DNA from: Gammaproteobacteria bacterium
GTDB lineage: Bacteria > Pseudomonadota > Gammaproteobacteria > Steroidobacterales > UBA11654
Assembly: GCA_029941465.1 (NCBI GenBank)
Contig: JAPYQN010000001.1
Span: forward strand, 65,708 to 129,707
Direction of reading: 5' to 3'
Length of the DNA stretch: 64,000 nucleotides
Shown: positions 1-9,434 of the stretch, piece after piece
How positions within the stretch are numbered: the first letter of the stretch is position 1
Layout: every line of letters begins with the position of its first letter
Made by a program: the position numbers and the translations under genes
The notes under the pieces: generated by a model
Seen by the model: the letters and a program-made list of their open reading frames with translations, nothing else
Told to the model about the DNA's origin: nothing
The model's database searches: none

Positions 1-234
1 GGACCTGGTTATTTCGCTCTCGTCACTTAAGTTTGCGTTCTGTAGTGGGGAGAAATGTGCACCTATTAAAAACACTTCATTTTTTCTAAGAATTGCATAA
101 CTTTCTTTAATATGTCCACGGTTATCTCTCAGGCTTTTGACTTCCCATCCTTTTAATGAAATGCCAGCCTCAAATTGATCTTCAATAATAAAATCAAATA
201 AAGCTTTTTTATTCTCTACAATTGTATTTGCCAT
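1..234 (-). CDS. smpB: SsrA-binding protein SmpB, N-terminal 78 codons (rest lies beyond the window start)
   Basis: Not in the ORF track because it runs off the edge. Reverse complement from ATG (234-232) reads [78 protein letters not shown]. This is collinear with E. coli SmpB (..[56 protein letters not shown]..). The frame is open to position 1. Confidence 0.85.
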   Translation of the reverse strand, partial: MANTIVENKKALFDFIIEDQFEAGISLKGWEVKSLRDNRGHIKESYAILRKNEVFLIGAHFSPLQNANLSDESEITRS

Positions 235-289
235 ATGAGTTTAAATAATTTAGTTTACAAAACCTTAAGACTATAACGCTTTAAAGTAA

Positions 290-1666
290 ATGAGTAATAA
301 CATTTCAAGTAATGAACGAAAATCACTACAGGGTCTCTGGTCCTCAAAAGTAACTTTTATTCTAGCTGTTACTGGGTCTGCTATAGGTTTAGGAAATATA
401 TGGAAGTTCCCATACATTGCTGGTGCTAATGGAGGCGGTGCTTTTGTTATAATTTATCTTATTTGTATTTTTATTATTGGCTTTCCAATTATGGTCTCAG
501 AAATCCTTTTAGGAAGACGAGGACGAAGGAACCCAATTACGTCAATGAAACTTCTAGGTAAAGAAGAAACTGGCAATGGCTCATGGAAAATAGTTGGTTT
601 TATAGGTTTATTTGCCGGTTTCTTGATTCTCTCGTATTACAGTGTGATTGCAGGATGGACATTACACTATTTTGTTTTATCAATTAGTGGCGTTTTTAAT
701 GATGTTAACTCTGAAGAAGTTAATTTTATATTCAATGAACTAACGGGCTCAATAAAAACACAAGCCATATTTCATACTCTATTTATGATATCGACAGTAA
801 TAATTATTGCTAAAGGGATTAAAAATGGCTTAGAGAAAACTGTTAAAGTAATGATGCCAGCTTTACTTATAATAATGCTGATCCTTTTAATATATTCAGT
901 AACTCAGGGTGATTTTACAAAAGGCGTTGAATTTCTGCTGAAACCTGATTTTAGTAAAATAACCAGCGATAGCATTCTCGCGGCCATGGGTCACGCTTTT
1001 TTTACACTTAGTTTAGGAATGGGTTGTGTTGTCATGTACGGTGCTTATTTACCTAATAGAGAATCTATAGTTAAAACCACAGTCACTATCATTGTTTGTG
1101 ATACTTTAATAGCTCTCTTGGCAGGTCTCGTTATCTTCCCGATTGTTTTTGACAATAATCTTGCACCAACTCAAGGCCCTGGATTAATATTTCTAACGTT
1201 ACCGTTAGCTTTTTCAGACATTAATGGCGGTCTAATGTTTGGGGCTTTATTTTTCATTCTGTTAAGTTTTGCAGCCATTACATCAGCTATTAGTTTGCTT
1301 GAACCATCTGTGGCATGGATGATTGAAGAGCTAAAGGTAAATCGTACAACAGCAGCATTAACTATTGGTTTTCTCATATGGTCCCTAGGATTCTTAACTA
1401 TTCTATCTTTCAATGATTTATCTGATTTTACTTTTTGGAAAGGTACTTTATTTGATAATGTCGATTACTTAACAAGCAATATCCTGTTACCTATAAGTGG
1501 TATGCTGTTTACAATATTTGCTAGCTGGTTTATGTCCAAGTCATCTAGTCGGTCTGAACTCAATGATATTTCACCAATTGCTTATAATATATGGAGGTTC
1601 TTAGCTGGTGTTGTTGCTCCAATTGGCGTCCTAATTGTTTTCTTCAATGCAATAAATTTATTTTAG
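290..1666 (+). CDS. Sodium-dependent transporter, neurotransmitter:sodium symporter (NSS/SNF) family
   Basis: 458-aa polytopic membrane protein. The N-terminal signature GSAIGLGNIWKFPY is typical of the NSS family, and there are about 11-12 hydrophobic segments. Confidence 0.9.
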   Translation: MSNNISSNERKSLQGLWSSKVTFILAVTGSAIGLGNIWKFPYIAGANGGGAFVIIYLICIFIIGFPIMVSEILLGRRGRRNPITSMKLLGKEETGNGSWKIVGFIGLFAGFLILSYYSVIAGWTLHYFVLSISGVFNDVNSEEVNFIFNELTGSIKTQAIFHTLFMISTVIIIAKGIKNGLEKTVKVMMPALLIIMLILLIYSVTQGDFTKGVEFLLKPDFSKITSDSILAAMGHAFFTLSLGMGCVVMYGAYLPNRESIVKTTVTIIVCDTLIALLAGLVIFPIVFDNNLAPTQGPGLIFLTLPLAFSDINGGLMFGALFFILLSFAAITSAISLLEPSVAWMIEELKVNRTTAALTIGFLIWSLGFLTILSFNDLSDFTFWKGTLFDNVDYLTSNILLPISGMLFTIFASWFMSKSSSRSELNDISPIAYNIWRFLAGVVAPIGVLIVFFNAINLF

Positions 1667-1670
1667 TTTT

Positions 1671-2087
1671 GTGAACCATTTTAAACGCTCATTTATTATA
1701 GAAAAACCAATTAATGAAGTCTTTTCTTTGTTGTATGATGTTAATAAATACCAAAATTTTATTCCTTTCTGTAAAACATCTAATGTCTTACAACAACAAG
1801 ATGATTATATTATTGCCCAGCTAAAACTGGATTTTTTTGGAATTAAAAGTTCTTTGACCACAAAAAATACCATTAAAAACAATGAATCAATCATTATGGA
1901 TCTACAAGATGGTCCGTTTAAAACTTTTCATGCAGTGTGGTTGTTTAACGCAATCACTAATCAAGGTACTCAACTAGATTTTAAAATGGATTATGCACTG
2001 AATAATCCACTATTAGAATTTGCCTTTAAGAAAAATCTTAATACAGTCAGTGAATCAATCGTCAATGCTTTTAAAGAAAAATTATAA
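1671..2087 (+). CDS. ratA: RatA/Coq10-like SRPBCC (START-fold) protein
   Basis: 138 aa with a GTG start. The N-terminus FIIEKPINEVFSLLYDVNKYQNFIPFCK matches the YfjG/RatA pattern (DV..Y..F.P.C). It lies between smpB and bamE, as in E. coli. Confidence 0.75.
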   Translation: MNHFKRSFIIEKPINEVFSLLYDVNKYQNFIPFCKTSNVLQQQDDYIIAQLKLDFFGIKSSLTTKNTIKNNESIIMDLQDGPFKTFHAVWLFNAITNQGTQLDFKMDYALNNPLLEFAFKKNLNTVSESIVNAFKEKL

Positions 2088-2097
2088 TAACTGTTAA

Positions 2098-2430
2098 CTA
2101 ATTAGGATTTGTTTCGACGTCTTTTTCAATCCTGATAACTTTTTCATTCTCAAAATAGACGATCAACCAATAACGCTGACTGTTTTCATTAGATCCTATA
2201 TCCATTCTAGGCTGATATAAATAAATATAATCCCAACGATTTTCTTCATAAGGAGTTCCAACCACCGGGCCTCCGAGTAAATATTTTATTTGGCTTTTGG
2301 TCATGCCAACTTGAATTCGGTCAATGTTCTCAATATTTAGAAGATTACCTTGTTGTAAATCAGGTCTGTATACACATGATGTTGCTAAAAGAATAACGAA
2401 CAAGACTAGTGTTTTATATTGTTTACTCAT
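2098..2430 (-). CDS. bamE: Outer-membrane protein assembly factor BamE (SmpA/OmlA lipoprotein)
   Basis: 110 aa with a lipoprotein-type signal ending LLATSC. It carries the SmpA/OmlA motif GMTKSQIKYLLGGP and is in synteny with nadK and ratA. Confidence 0.8.
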   Translation of the reverse strand: MSKQYKTLVLFVILLATSCVYRPDLQQGNLLNIENIDRIQVGMTKSQIKYLLGGPVVGTPYEENRWDYIYLYQPRMDIGSNENSQRYWLIVYFENEKVIRIEKDVETNPN

Positions 2431-3283
2431 GACGTTTATCTTTTCCCCATAGAAGTTTTGATTTTAAGTTATCAAAGTAGTCATAATTCTCTGGATGTAG
2501 TAAGCAGATGGATTTAGCAGCTTTTTTTATTACTAGATCTTCACCCATGTTCATCTCAGAAACAGTATCGCCATCTAAATCGATGCCAGCGCTAACATTT
2601 TGACCACTATCACAACGCAGTATAATCTCTGATGAAGAAGGCACCACCATGGGTCTATCATTAAGTGAATGAGGACAAATAGGAACCAATAGTAACGCTT
2701 CAACTTCAGGTTTTAGAATAGGCCCACCACAACTAAGAGAATAGGCAGTTGAACCTGTAGGAGTGGCAACTATAAAACCGTCTCCTTCATGAGTATTAAT
2801 AAAAGAGTTGTCAATTGTTGTTTCAACCCTAATCATTCGACCTGTTTCTTTTCGGTTAATAACGATGTCATTAAATGCATATCCAATTGATTTCTTAGTT
2901 TTATTTATTGAAATAAAAGCTTCGATTAACATTCGATTTTCAGTTTTGTAGTTACCGGAAAGAATTTCATCAAGAACATGTTCAGCTTCTTGGGGGCTAA
3001 TGTCTGTTAAAAATCCTAACCTGCCTTTATTGATGCCAGTAATGGGTATGTCATATTGATAGGCAAGTTTAGAGGATTGAAGCATGGTGCCGTCACCACC
3101 GATTGAAACTATTAACTCAGCATTCTCCATTATAGAGCTAGTGTCATGATTATTTTTCGGATCTACTGCAACAGCTTGGATGCCTTTTTCCTGATATTTT
3201 TTAATCAAAGGCTCAACAGATAAAAAGGAACTTTTATCTTTTGTATTGCCTGAAAAAACTATTTTTTTGTATTTAGTCATCAA
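2423..3283 (-). CDS. nadK: NAD(+) kinase
   Basis: 286 aa with the GGDGT motif (VSIGGDGTMLQ) and the ATPTGSTAYSLSCGGPI motif. It is divergent from the heat-shock cluster, as nadK is from grpE in E. coli. Confidence 0.92.
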   Translation of the reverse strand: MMTKYKKIVFSGNTKDKSSFLSVEPLIKKYQEKGIQAVAVDPKNNHDTSSIMENAELIVSIGGDGTMLQSSKLAYQYDIPITGINKGRLGFLTDISPQEAEHVLDEILSGNYKTENRMLIEAFISINKTKKSIGYAFNDIVINRKETGRMIRVETTIDNSFINTHEGDGFIVATPTGSTAYSLSCGGPILKPEVEALLLVPICPHSLNDRPMVVPSSSEIILRCDSGQNVSAGIDLDGDTVSEMNMGEDLVIKKAAKSICLLHPENYDYFDNLKSKLLWGKDKRHE

Positions 3284-3364
3284 CTAATATATTGACTCTG
3301 TTTAAATATTTGGAAATGATATCAGATTAATTCAATATTAGCTTAAATCGATACTCAATTATTA

Positions 3365-4408
3365 ATGCCCGAAGAAATGAAAAATAAGACTCCATCAGAT
3401 AGAGCCAAACAAATATTATCAGCTATTATCGACAACTATATTGAAGAAGGTACTCCTATTGGGTCTAAGAAATTATCATCATATAATCGATTCAATTTAA
3501 GTTCAGCAACTATAAGGAATGTTATGTCTGATCTTGAAGATCTCGGCTTTATAGCCTCCCCGCATACTTCTGCTGGACGAATACCTACTTCTAAGGGCTA
3601 TCGTTTTTTTATTGACCGACTATTAGAATTTCAACCTGTTGATAGCAATGAAATTGCCTCAATAAAGGACACTGTAAGTAAAACTAAATCAAGCAATAAA
3701 GATCTAGCCACTAACGTATCCACTACATTATCAGCCATCACGCAACTAGCTGGCATTGTTACTGTGCCTAAACAACATAAAAGTACACTAAAAGAAATTG
3801 ACTTTATACCGTTATCAGAACAAAGAGTTTTAGTTATTGTAGTGATTAACGACTCAGAAGTTGAAAATAAGATACTCCAAATGAAAAGAAACTTTAGCAG
3901 AGATGAACTTCAAATCTCAGCTAACTATTTAAATCAAAATTATGTTGGTAGATCTTTTGAATACATAAAAAATAATTTACTAACTCAATTAAAAGAAACA
4001 TCTGCACTTGCCAATTCTTTAATGAACGACATTATTAATATTGCTGATGAACTACTTACCAATCAAAATAAAGATGAGTACGTTGTGACAGGAAAAAATC
4101 AGTTACTTGACTTTGAAGAACTCTCTGACATAAATCAATTAAAAGAACTATTTGATGCATTTAATGAACAACAACTACTCCTGCAACTGCTAGATAAAAG
4201 TATATCAACAAGTAATATTCAAATATTTATTGGTCAAGAATCAGGTTATAGAATATTTGATAACTGCACCTTAATAACCGCGCCTTACACGAATGAAGTG
4301 GGCTCTGTAGGTGTTCTAGGAGTTATTGGGCCTACTCGAATAGCTTATCAACGGGTCATTCCAATTGTTGATGTGACTGCTAAATTACTTAGTCAGTCAT
4401 TGAAATAA
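3365..4408 (+). CDS. hrcA: Heat-inducible transcription repressor HrcA
   Basis: 347 aa. The N-terminal winged-helix region RAKQILSAIIDNYIEEGTPIGSKKLS and GRIPTSKGYRFFID are typical of HrcA. It is followed by grpE-dnaK-dnaJ. Confidence 0.9.
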   Translation: MPEEMKNKTPSDRAKQILSAIIDNYIEEGTPIGSKKLSSYNRFNLSSATIRNVMSDLEDLGFIASPHTSAGRIPTSKGYRFFIDRLLEFQPVDSNEIASIKDTVSKTKSSNKDLATNVSTTLSAITQLAGIVTVPKQHKSTLKEIDFIPLSEQRVLVIVVINDSEVENKILQMKRNFSRDELQISANYLNQNYVGRSFEYIKNNLLTQLKETSALANSLMNDIINIADELLTNQNKDEYVVTGKNQLLDFEELSDINQLKELFDAFNEQQLLLQLLDKSISTSNIQIFIGQESGYRIFDNCTLITAPYTNEVGSVGVLGVIGPTRIAYQRVIPIVDVTAKLLSQSLK

Positions 4409-4445
4409 TATATTTTGACCTTATGTTGAATTCAGAGGTGTTCAA

Positions 4446-4991
4446 ATGAAGGACAAAAAAACATCAGAAGATATTAAGCTATCAGACATTGAAGAAGCTG
4501 AAGAAAGCTCCATAGAATCGAACGATTCTGACAATATCGATGAACTACAAAAACAAGCTGATGAGAATTGGGATAAAGTTCTCCGTCTTCAAGCTGAAAT
4601 AGATAATCTAAGAAAACGTACTATTAAAGATATTGAAAATACCAATAAAAACTCTATTGAAAGAGTCTTTCGAGAAATATTACCTGTTCTTGATAGTTTT
4701 GAACTTGGGGAGTTGGTGGACACATCGACAAAAAAAGGAACTGAAACTTTTATTGAAGGTCAAAATGCGACATTTAAACTTTTGCAAAGTGTGTTAGAAA
4801 GATTTTCAATCGAATCAATTAATCCAGAAAATATGAAATATGACGCTGAATTACATGAAGTGATAAGTATGCATGACACTGATCAAGTTGAGCCTGGGTA
4901 CATAGTTCAAGTCGTACAAAAAGGATATCGTTTAAATCAAAGGTTGTTAAGACCAGCAAGAGTAATCGTTGCTTCTGAAAAAGAAAAATAG
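4446..4991 (+). CDS. grpE: Nucleotide exchange factor GrpE
   Basis: 181 aa with an acidic N-terminus, the LRLQAEIDNLRKR motif, and a C-terminal beta domain (GYRLNQRLLRPARV). Confidence 0.92.
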   Translation: MKDKKTSEDIKLSDIEEAEESSIESNDSDNIDELQKQADENWDKVLRLQAEIDNLRKRTIKDIENTNKNSIERVFREILPVLDSFELGELVDTSTKKGTETFIEGQNATFKLLQSVLERFSIESINPENMKYDAELHEVISMHDTDQVEPGYIVQVVQKGYRLNQRLLRPARVIVASEKEK

Positions 4992-5000
4992 TTTTCATTA

Positions 5001-5029
5001 CTTGAAAATTATCTAACCGTTCATATATC
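5001..5029 (+). promoter_or_regulatory. Candidate sigma-32-type heat-shock promoter upstream of dnaK
   Basis: CTTGAAA (5001-5007), then 13 nt, then TCATATAT (5021-5028). The E. coli sigma-32 consensus is CTTGAAA-N13-15-CCCCATNT. The -35 element is a perfect match; the -10 element is AT-degraded. Confidence 0.35.
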
Positions 5030-5055
5030 TAAACAAACACCTTATGGAGGAAATC

Positions 5056-6984
5056 ATGGGAAGAGTAATAGGAATAGATTTAGGAACAACAAATTCATGC
5101 GTTGCCATTATGGATGGTGATCAAACTAAAGTAATAGAGAATTCTGAAGGAGATAGAACAACACCTTCAATTGTTGCGTACTCAAAAGATGGGGACAGAA
5201 CACTCGTCGGTCAATCAGCAAAACGTCAAGCTGTCAGTAACCCTGAAAACACTTTGCACGCAATAAAACGACTCATTGGAAGAAAGTTTGATGATTCTGT
5301 TGTAACAAAAGACATGGATAAAGTTCCGTTTAAAATAAAGAAAGCAAAAAACGGTGATGCTTGGGTAATGGCAAATGGAAAAGAAACATCTCCTCCAGCT
5401 ATTGCTGCCGAAGTTTTGAGAAAAATGAAAGAAACTGCTGAAAGCTATTTAGGACAAGAAGTTACTGAAGCGGTTATCACAGTACCAGCTTATTTTGATG
5501 ACTCTCAACGACAAGCAACTAAAGATGCAGGCAAGATAGCTGGCTTAGACGTTAAGAGAATTATTAATGAACCAACTGCAGCAGCATTGGCGTATGGTCT
5601 CGATAAAAAACGTGGAGATAGAAAAATTGCTGTATACGATTTAGGTGGCGGGACGTTTGATGTATCTATTATTGAAATCGCTGATGTTGATGGTGAAAAT
5701 CAATTTGAAGTTCTTGCAACAAACGGTGACACCTTCTTAGGTGGTGAAGATTTTGATCTTAGAATTATGGATTACTTACTTGATGAGTTTAAGAAACAAA
5801 CAGGCATGGATGCCACTAAAGATACCCAAGCACTTCAACGCTTAAAAGAAGCTGCTGAAAAAGCAAAAATAGAACTATCAAACCAGGCTCAAACAGACAT
5901 TAATCTTCCTTATTTAACTGCTGACTCATCAGGCCCTAAACATTTAAATTTAACATTAACGAGAGCTAAACTTGAATCTCTCGTCGAAGATTTTATTGTT
6001 CAAACGATCGAGCCTTGTAAGACAGCTCTTAAAGACGCTGGTCTTAGTGTTGGAGAGATCAATGATGTTATATTGGTAGGTGGACAAACGAGAATGCCAA
6101 AAGTTCAAGAAGAGGTCAAAGCATTTTTTGGTGTTGAACCTAGAAAAGATGTTAACCCAGATGAAGCAGTTGCTATCGGTGCTGCCATACAAGGCGGTGT
6201 CCTTTCAGGTGATGTTAAAGACGTCTTATTATTAGATGTTACACCACTCTCATTAGGTATCGAAACGCTTGGTGCTGTTACAACAAAACTAATAGAAAAG
6301 AACACCACCATTCCAACTCAAGCAGAACAGATATTCTCAACAGCTGAAGATAATCAAACCGCTGTTACTATCCATGTCCTACAAGGTGAAAGAGAAAAAG
6401 CACAAGATAATAAATCACTGGGTAGATTTGATCTAACTGATATTCCATCTAAACCAAGAGGTATGCCTCAAATAGAAGTAGCCTTTGATATTGATGCCAA
6501 CGGAATAATTAATGTTTCTGCTAAAGATAAGGAAACAGGAAAAGAACAGAAAATTGTTATTAAGGCATCCAGTGGTTTATCGGATGAAGAAGTAGAGCAA
6601 ATGATTTCTGATGCTGAGTCAAATGCAGAAGAAGACAAAAAATTCAGAGATCTTGTGGATATTAAAAATCAAGGTGATCAATTGGTTCACGCAACTGACA
6701 AAACACTCGAAGAATTAGGAGACAAGGTAACAGCTGATGAAAGATCTAATGTCGAAGCTGCTTTGGGTGATTTGAAAGATGCTCTCAAGGGAGATGAAAA
6801 AGACACTATTGAAGCCAAGGTTAAAGCATTATCAGAAGCGTCAGTAGGTATAGCTCAAAAAGCATTTGAAGAAGCTCAAAGTAAAGCAAATAATGAATCT
6901 AATAACAACGATGATTCATCAGAAAATGATAATGTTGTTGATGCTGAATACGAAGAAGTTGAGGAAGATAAAGATACTAAATAA
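5056..6984 (+). CDS. dnaK: Molecular chaperone DnaK (Hsp70)
   Basis: Motifs [19 protein letters not shown] and [11 protein letters not shown] are present. I moved the start to ATG 5056 ([10 protein letters not shown]..), which has a GGAGGA Shine-Dalgarno at 5047-5052. The track start at 5044 lies inside that SD. Confidence 0.97.
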   Translation: MGRVIGIDLGTTNSCVAIMDGDQTKVIENSEGDRTTPSIVAYSKDGDRTLVGQSAKRQAVSNPENTLHAIKRLIGRKFDDSVVTKDMDKVPFKIKKAKNGDAWVMANGKETSPPAIAAEVLRKMKETAESYLGQEVTEAVITVPAYFDDSQRQATKDAGKIAGLDVKRIINEPTAAALAYGLDKKRGDRKIAVYDLGGGTFDVSIIEIADVDGENQFEVLATNGDTFLGGEDFDLRIMDYLLDEFKKQTGMDATKDTQALQRLKEAAEKAKIELSNQAQTDINLPYLTADSSGPKHLNLTLTRAKLESLVEDFIVQTIEPCKTALKDAGLSVGEINDVILVGGQTRMPKVQEEVKAFFGVEPRKDVNPDEAVAIGAAIQGGVLSGDVKDVLLLDVTPLSLGIETLGAVTTKLIEKNTTIPTQAEQIFSTAEDNQTAVTIHVLQGEREKAQDNKSLGRFDLTDIPSKPRGMPQIEVAFDIDANGIINVSAKDKETGKEQKIVIKASSGLSDEEVEQMISDAESNAEEDKKFRDLVDIKNQGDQLVHATDKTLEELGDKVTADERSNVEAALGDLKDALKGDEKDTIEAKVKALSEASVGIAQKAFEEAQSKANNESNNNDDSSENDNVVDAEYEEVEEDKDTK

Positions 6985-7009
6985 ATTATTTTTATAAATT
7001 CAGTAACAT

Positions 7010-7042
7010 ACAAGATAGACAACATGTCTATCTTGTCATTTT
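7010..7042 (+). terminator. dnaK-dnaJ intergenic hairpin (possible partial terminator/attenuator or mRNA-stabilising stem)
   Basis: A perfect 12-bp inverted repeat ACAAGATAGACA-aca-TGTCTATCTTGT (7010-7036) is followed by CATTTT. Confidence 0.4.
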
Positions 7043-7053
7043 AAAGGGCAGTT

Positions 7054-8190
7054 ATGAGTAAACAGGATTACTACAAAACACTAGGTGTTCAAAAAAACTC
7101 ATCTGATGCTGAGATAAAAAAAGCTTATAGAAAGCTTGCAATGAAATACCACCCAGATCGTAATCCTGGGGATAAGACTTCAGAAGAAAATTTTAAAGAG
7201 GCAAAAGAAGCCTATGAAGTGTTATCAAATGGTCAAAAACGCACTGCTTATGACCAATTTGGTCATGCAGGTTTAAATAATCAGAGCGGAATGGGCGGAG
7301 GGTTTAAAACGGGCGATGGATTTAATGATATTTTTGGCGATATGTTTGGAGATATCTTTGGTAATTCAAGAGGTCAAAGAAGACAAAATAGTTCACAACG
7401 AGGATCTGATTTAAGGTATGAATTAGATTTAGATCTAGAGCAAGCTGTATTTGGTGAAACAATTAAAATTAATATCCCATCATTGACAACTTGCTTGAAT
7501 TGTAATGGTTCGGGTGCACAAAAAGGAACAACTGCAAGTTCTTGTCAACGATGTAACGGCAGAGGTTCAGTGAGGGTACAGCAAGGTTTTTTTACTTTAC
7601 AACAAAGTTGTCCAGACTGTCGTGGAACTGGAGAAATTATAAAAAACCCATGTCTTGATTGTTCTGGATCAGGCAGAGTTCAGAAAGAACGAACAATTTC
7701 AATTAAAATTCCTCCTGGCGTAGACCATGATGATCGTATCCGGTTATCCAATGAAGGTGAAGCAGGTATTAAGGGAGGACCTTCAGGGGATCTATATGTT
7801 GATATCAAACTTAGAAAACACCCTATTTTTAAACGAGAGGGAAGTCACTTGATGTGTGAAGTTCCTTTAAGTTTTTCTAAAGCAGCTTTAGGTGGAACCA
7901 TAGAGATTCCTACCATAGATGGAGCAGTAAATTTATCTATTCCAACTGAAACTCAATCTGGAAAAGTATTTAGATTAAGAGGTAAAGGTGTAAAATCTTA
8001 TCGTGATAGAACTAGTGGAGATTTATTTTGTTCAATCCAAATAGAAACACCTATTAACTTAAATAATGAGCAAAAAAATATTTTGAAATCGTTTGAAGAA
8101 TCTATAAAATCCAGTAAAAAAGAACATCGACCTAATAAAAATAAATGGTCAGAAAGTGTAAAAAACTTTTTTAATCGCTTAGGAATTTAA
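7054..8190 (+). CDS. dnaJ: Co-chaperone DnaJ (Hsp40)
   Basis: J domain with HPDRNP, a G/F-rich linker, and four CxxCxGxG repeats ([32 protein letters not shown]). Confidence 0.96.
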   Translation: MSKQDYYKTLGVQKNSSDAEIKKAYRKLAMKYHPDRNPGDKTSEENFKEAKEAYEVLSNGQKRTAYDQFGHAGLNNQSGMGGGFKTGDGFNDIFGDMFGDIFGNSRGQRRQNSSQRGSDLRYELDLDLEQAVFGETIKINIPSLTTCLNCNGSGAQKGTTASSCQRCNGRGSVRVQQGFFTLQQSCPDCRGTGEIIKNPCLDCSGSGRVQKERTISIKIPPGVDHDDRIRLSNEGEAGIKGGPSGDLYVDIKLRKHPIFKREGSHLMCEVPLSFSKAALGGTIEIPTIDGAVNLSIPTETQSGKVFRLRGKGVKSYRDRTSGDLFCSIQIETPINLNNEQKNILKSFEESIKSSKKEHRPNKNKWSESVKNFFNRLGI

Positions 8191-8284
8191 TCACTTAATT
8201 AAGTTGTCAGTTTAAAAACATAAATTAGTACGTGACATAAGAAAAATTTGATCCTAATATGTTTTGGGTTCGAAACAAATTATA

Positions 8285-8316
8285 GGGAAGGACCTTACAG
8301 GTTCCTTCCCTTTTTG
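8285..8316 (+). terminator. Rho-independent terminator after dnaJ
   Basis: GC-rich stem GGGAAGGA(cc)-ttaca-(gg t)TCCTTCCC (8285-8310) is followed directly by TTTTT (8311-8315). This is the strongest terminator-like structure in the window. Confidence 0.7.
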
Positions 8317-8336
8317 CAAATAAATAGGACTATAAA

Positions 8337-9434
8337 TTGACACAAGCGGTACTCACATTAGAAGACGGGACAATTTTTAAAGGTAATTCAATTGGTTCAA
8401 AAGGTTCTTCTATTGGTGAGGTTGTATTCAATACAGCAATGACTGGGTATCAGGAAATCCTAACAGATCCATCTTACTATAAACAAATTGTTACCTTAAC
8501 ATATCCTCATATTGGTAACACGGGAACAAATTCAGAAGATTTTGAAAGCAAAAAAACATACCTATCAGGACTTGTAATCAGAGAATCATCACCAGTTGCT
8601 AGTAATTGGAGAAATGAAAATAATTTACAGAACTTTCTACAAACACATAAAGTTATTGCCATTGCTGATATCGACACCAGAAAACTAACCAATCATTTAC
8701 GTAAACATGGGGCAATGAAGGGTTGTATAAGCACTGATTATAAGAATGTTAATAAATGTATTAACCTAGCAAAGTCATTTTCAGGATTATCAGGCTTAGA
8801 CTTAGCAAAAGAAGTTAGTGTACAAAAATCTTATCTCTTTAACCCAAGAAATAAAAAAGCTGGGGAATCTAAATATAAAGTTGTTGCCATTGATTTTGGA
8901 ATTAAAACTAATATTCTAAATCTCCTTACTGATTCAAATTGTGAGGTTATCGTGGTACCAGCTATAACCACTGCACAGGAAATAGAAGCTTTTAATCCAG
9001 ATGGTGTTTTTTTATCTAATGGCCCTGGTGATCCTGAACCTTGTTTATATGCAATAAAAACAATTCGAGAGATCCTCAGAAATAAAGTTCCAGTTTTTGG
9101 AATATGTCTAGGTCATCAACTTCTGGCATTAGCGGCAGGAGCTAAAACAAAAAAAATGAAATTTGGTCATCACGGTGCCAATCACCCTGTGCAAGACCTA
9201 AAAACAAAGGAAGTTTTTATTACGAGTCAGAACCATGGTTTCACAGTTGATGAGAATAACTTACCTGAAGAAATATCAATTACTCATCGATCATTGTTCG
9301 ATGATTCCATTCAAGGTATTGCAATAAAAAACTCAAATGCCTTTAGTTTTCAAGGTCACCCTGAAGCATCACCTGGTCCTCATGATATTAACCCCTTATT
9401 TTTAAAATTTTCAAACTTAATGAAAAATGCCTAA
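8337..9434 (+). CDS. carA: Carbamoyl-phosphate synthase small (glutamine amidotransferase) subunit
   Basis: TTG start. [29 protein letters not shown] and the catalytic GICLGHQL are collinear with E. coli CarA. Confidence 0.94.
   Translation: MTQAVLTLEDGTIFKGNSIGSKGSSIGEVVFNTAMTGYQEILTDPSYYKQIVTLTYPHIGNTGTNSEDFESKKTYLSGLVIRESSPVASNWRNENNLQNFLQTHKVIAIADIDTRKLTNHLRKHGAMKGCISTDYKNVNKCINLAKSFSGLSGLDLAKEVSVQKSYLFNPRNKKAGESKYKVVAIDFGIKTNILNLLTDSNCEVIVVPAITTAQEIEAFNPDGVFLSNGPGDPEPCLYAIKTIREILRNKVPVFGICLGHQLLALAAGAKTKKMKFGHHGANHPVQDLKTKEVFITSQNHGFTVDENNLPEEISITHRSLFDDSIQGIAIKNSNAFSFQGHPEASPGPHDINPLFLKFSNLMKNA

Noticed and set aside
1671-2087. RatA is often annotated as a type II toxin, which raises the question of a toxin-antitoxin module.
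   Set aside because: No partner (ratB/yfjF or any small adjacent ORF) is present. The protein is the conserved SRPBCC/Coq10-like housekeeping gene in its conserved smpB-bamE neighbourhood. There is no evidence for a TA or defence function.
5044-5055. N-terminal extensions in the ORF track for dnaK (5044), nuoA (18420), nuoC (19254), nuoF (21670), nuoI (26201), nuoM (29519), rimP (32593), gyrA (48680), pheA (53470) and ihfB (58001).
   Set aside because: Alignment by eye to conserved N-termini places the true starts at internal ATGs, several with better Shine-Dalgarno sites or ATGA-type coupling to the upstream stop. The rimP extension would even read through the tRNA-fMet terminator hairpin. 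I trimmed the coordinates accordingly.
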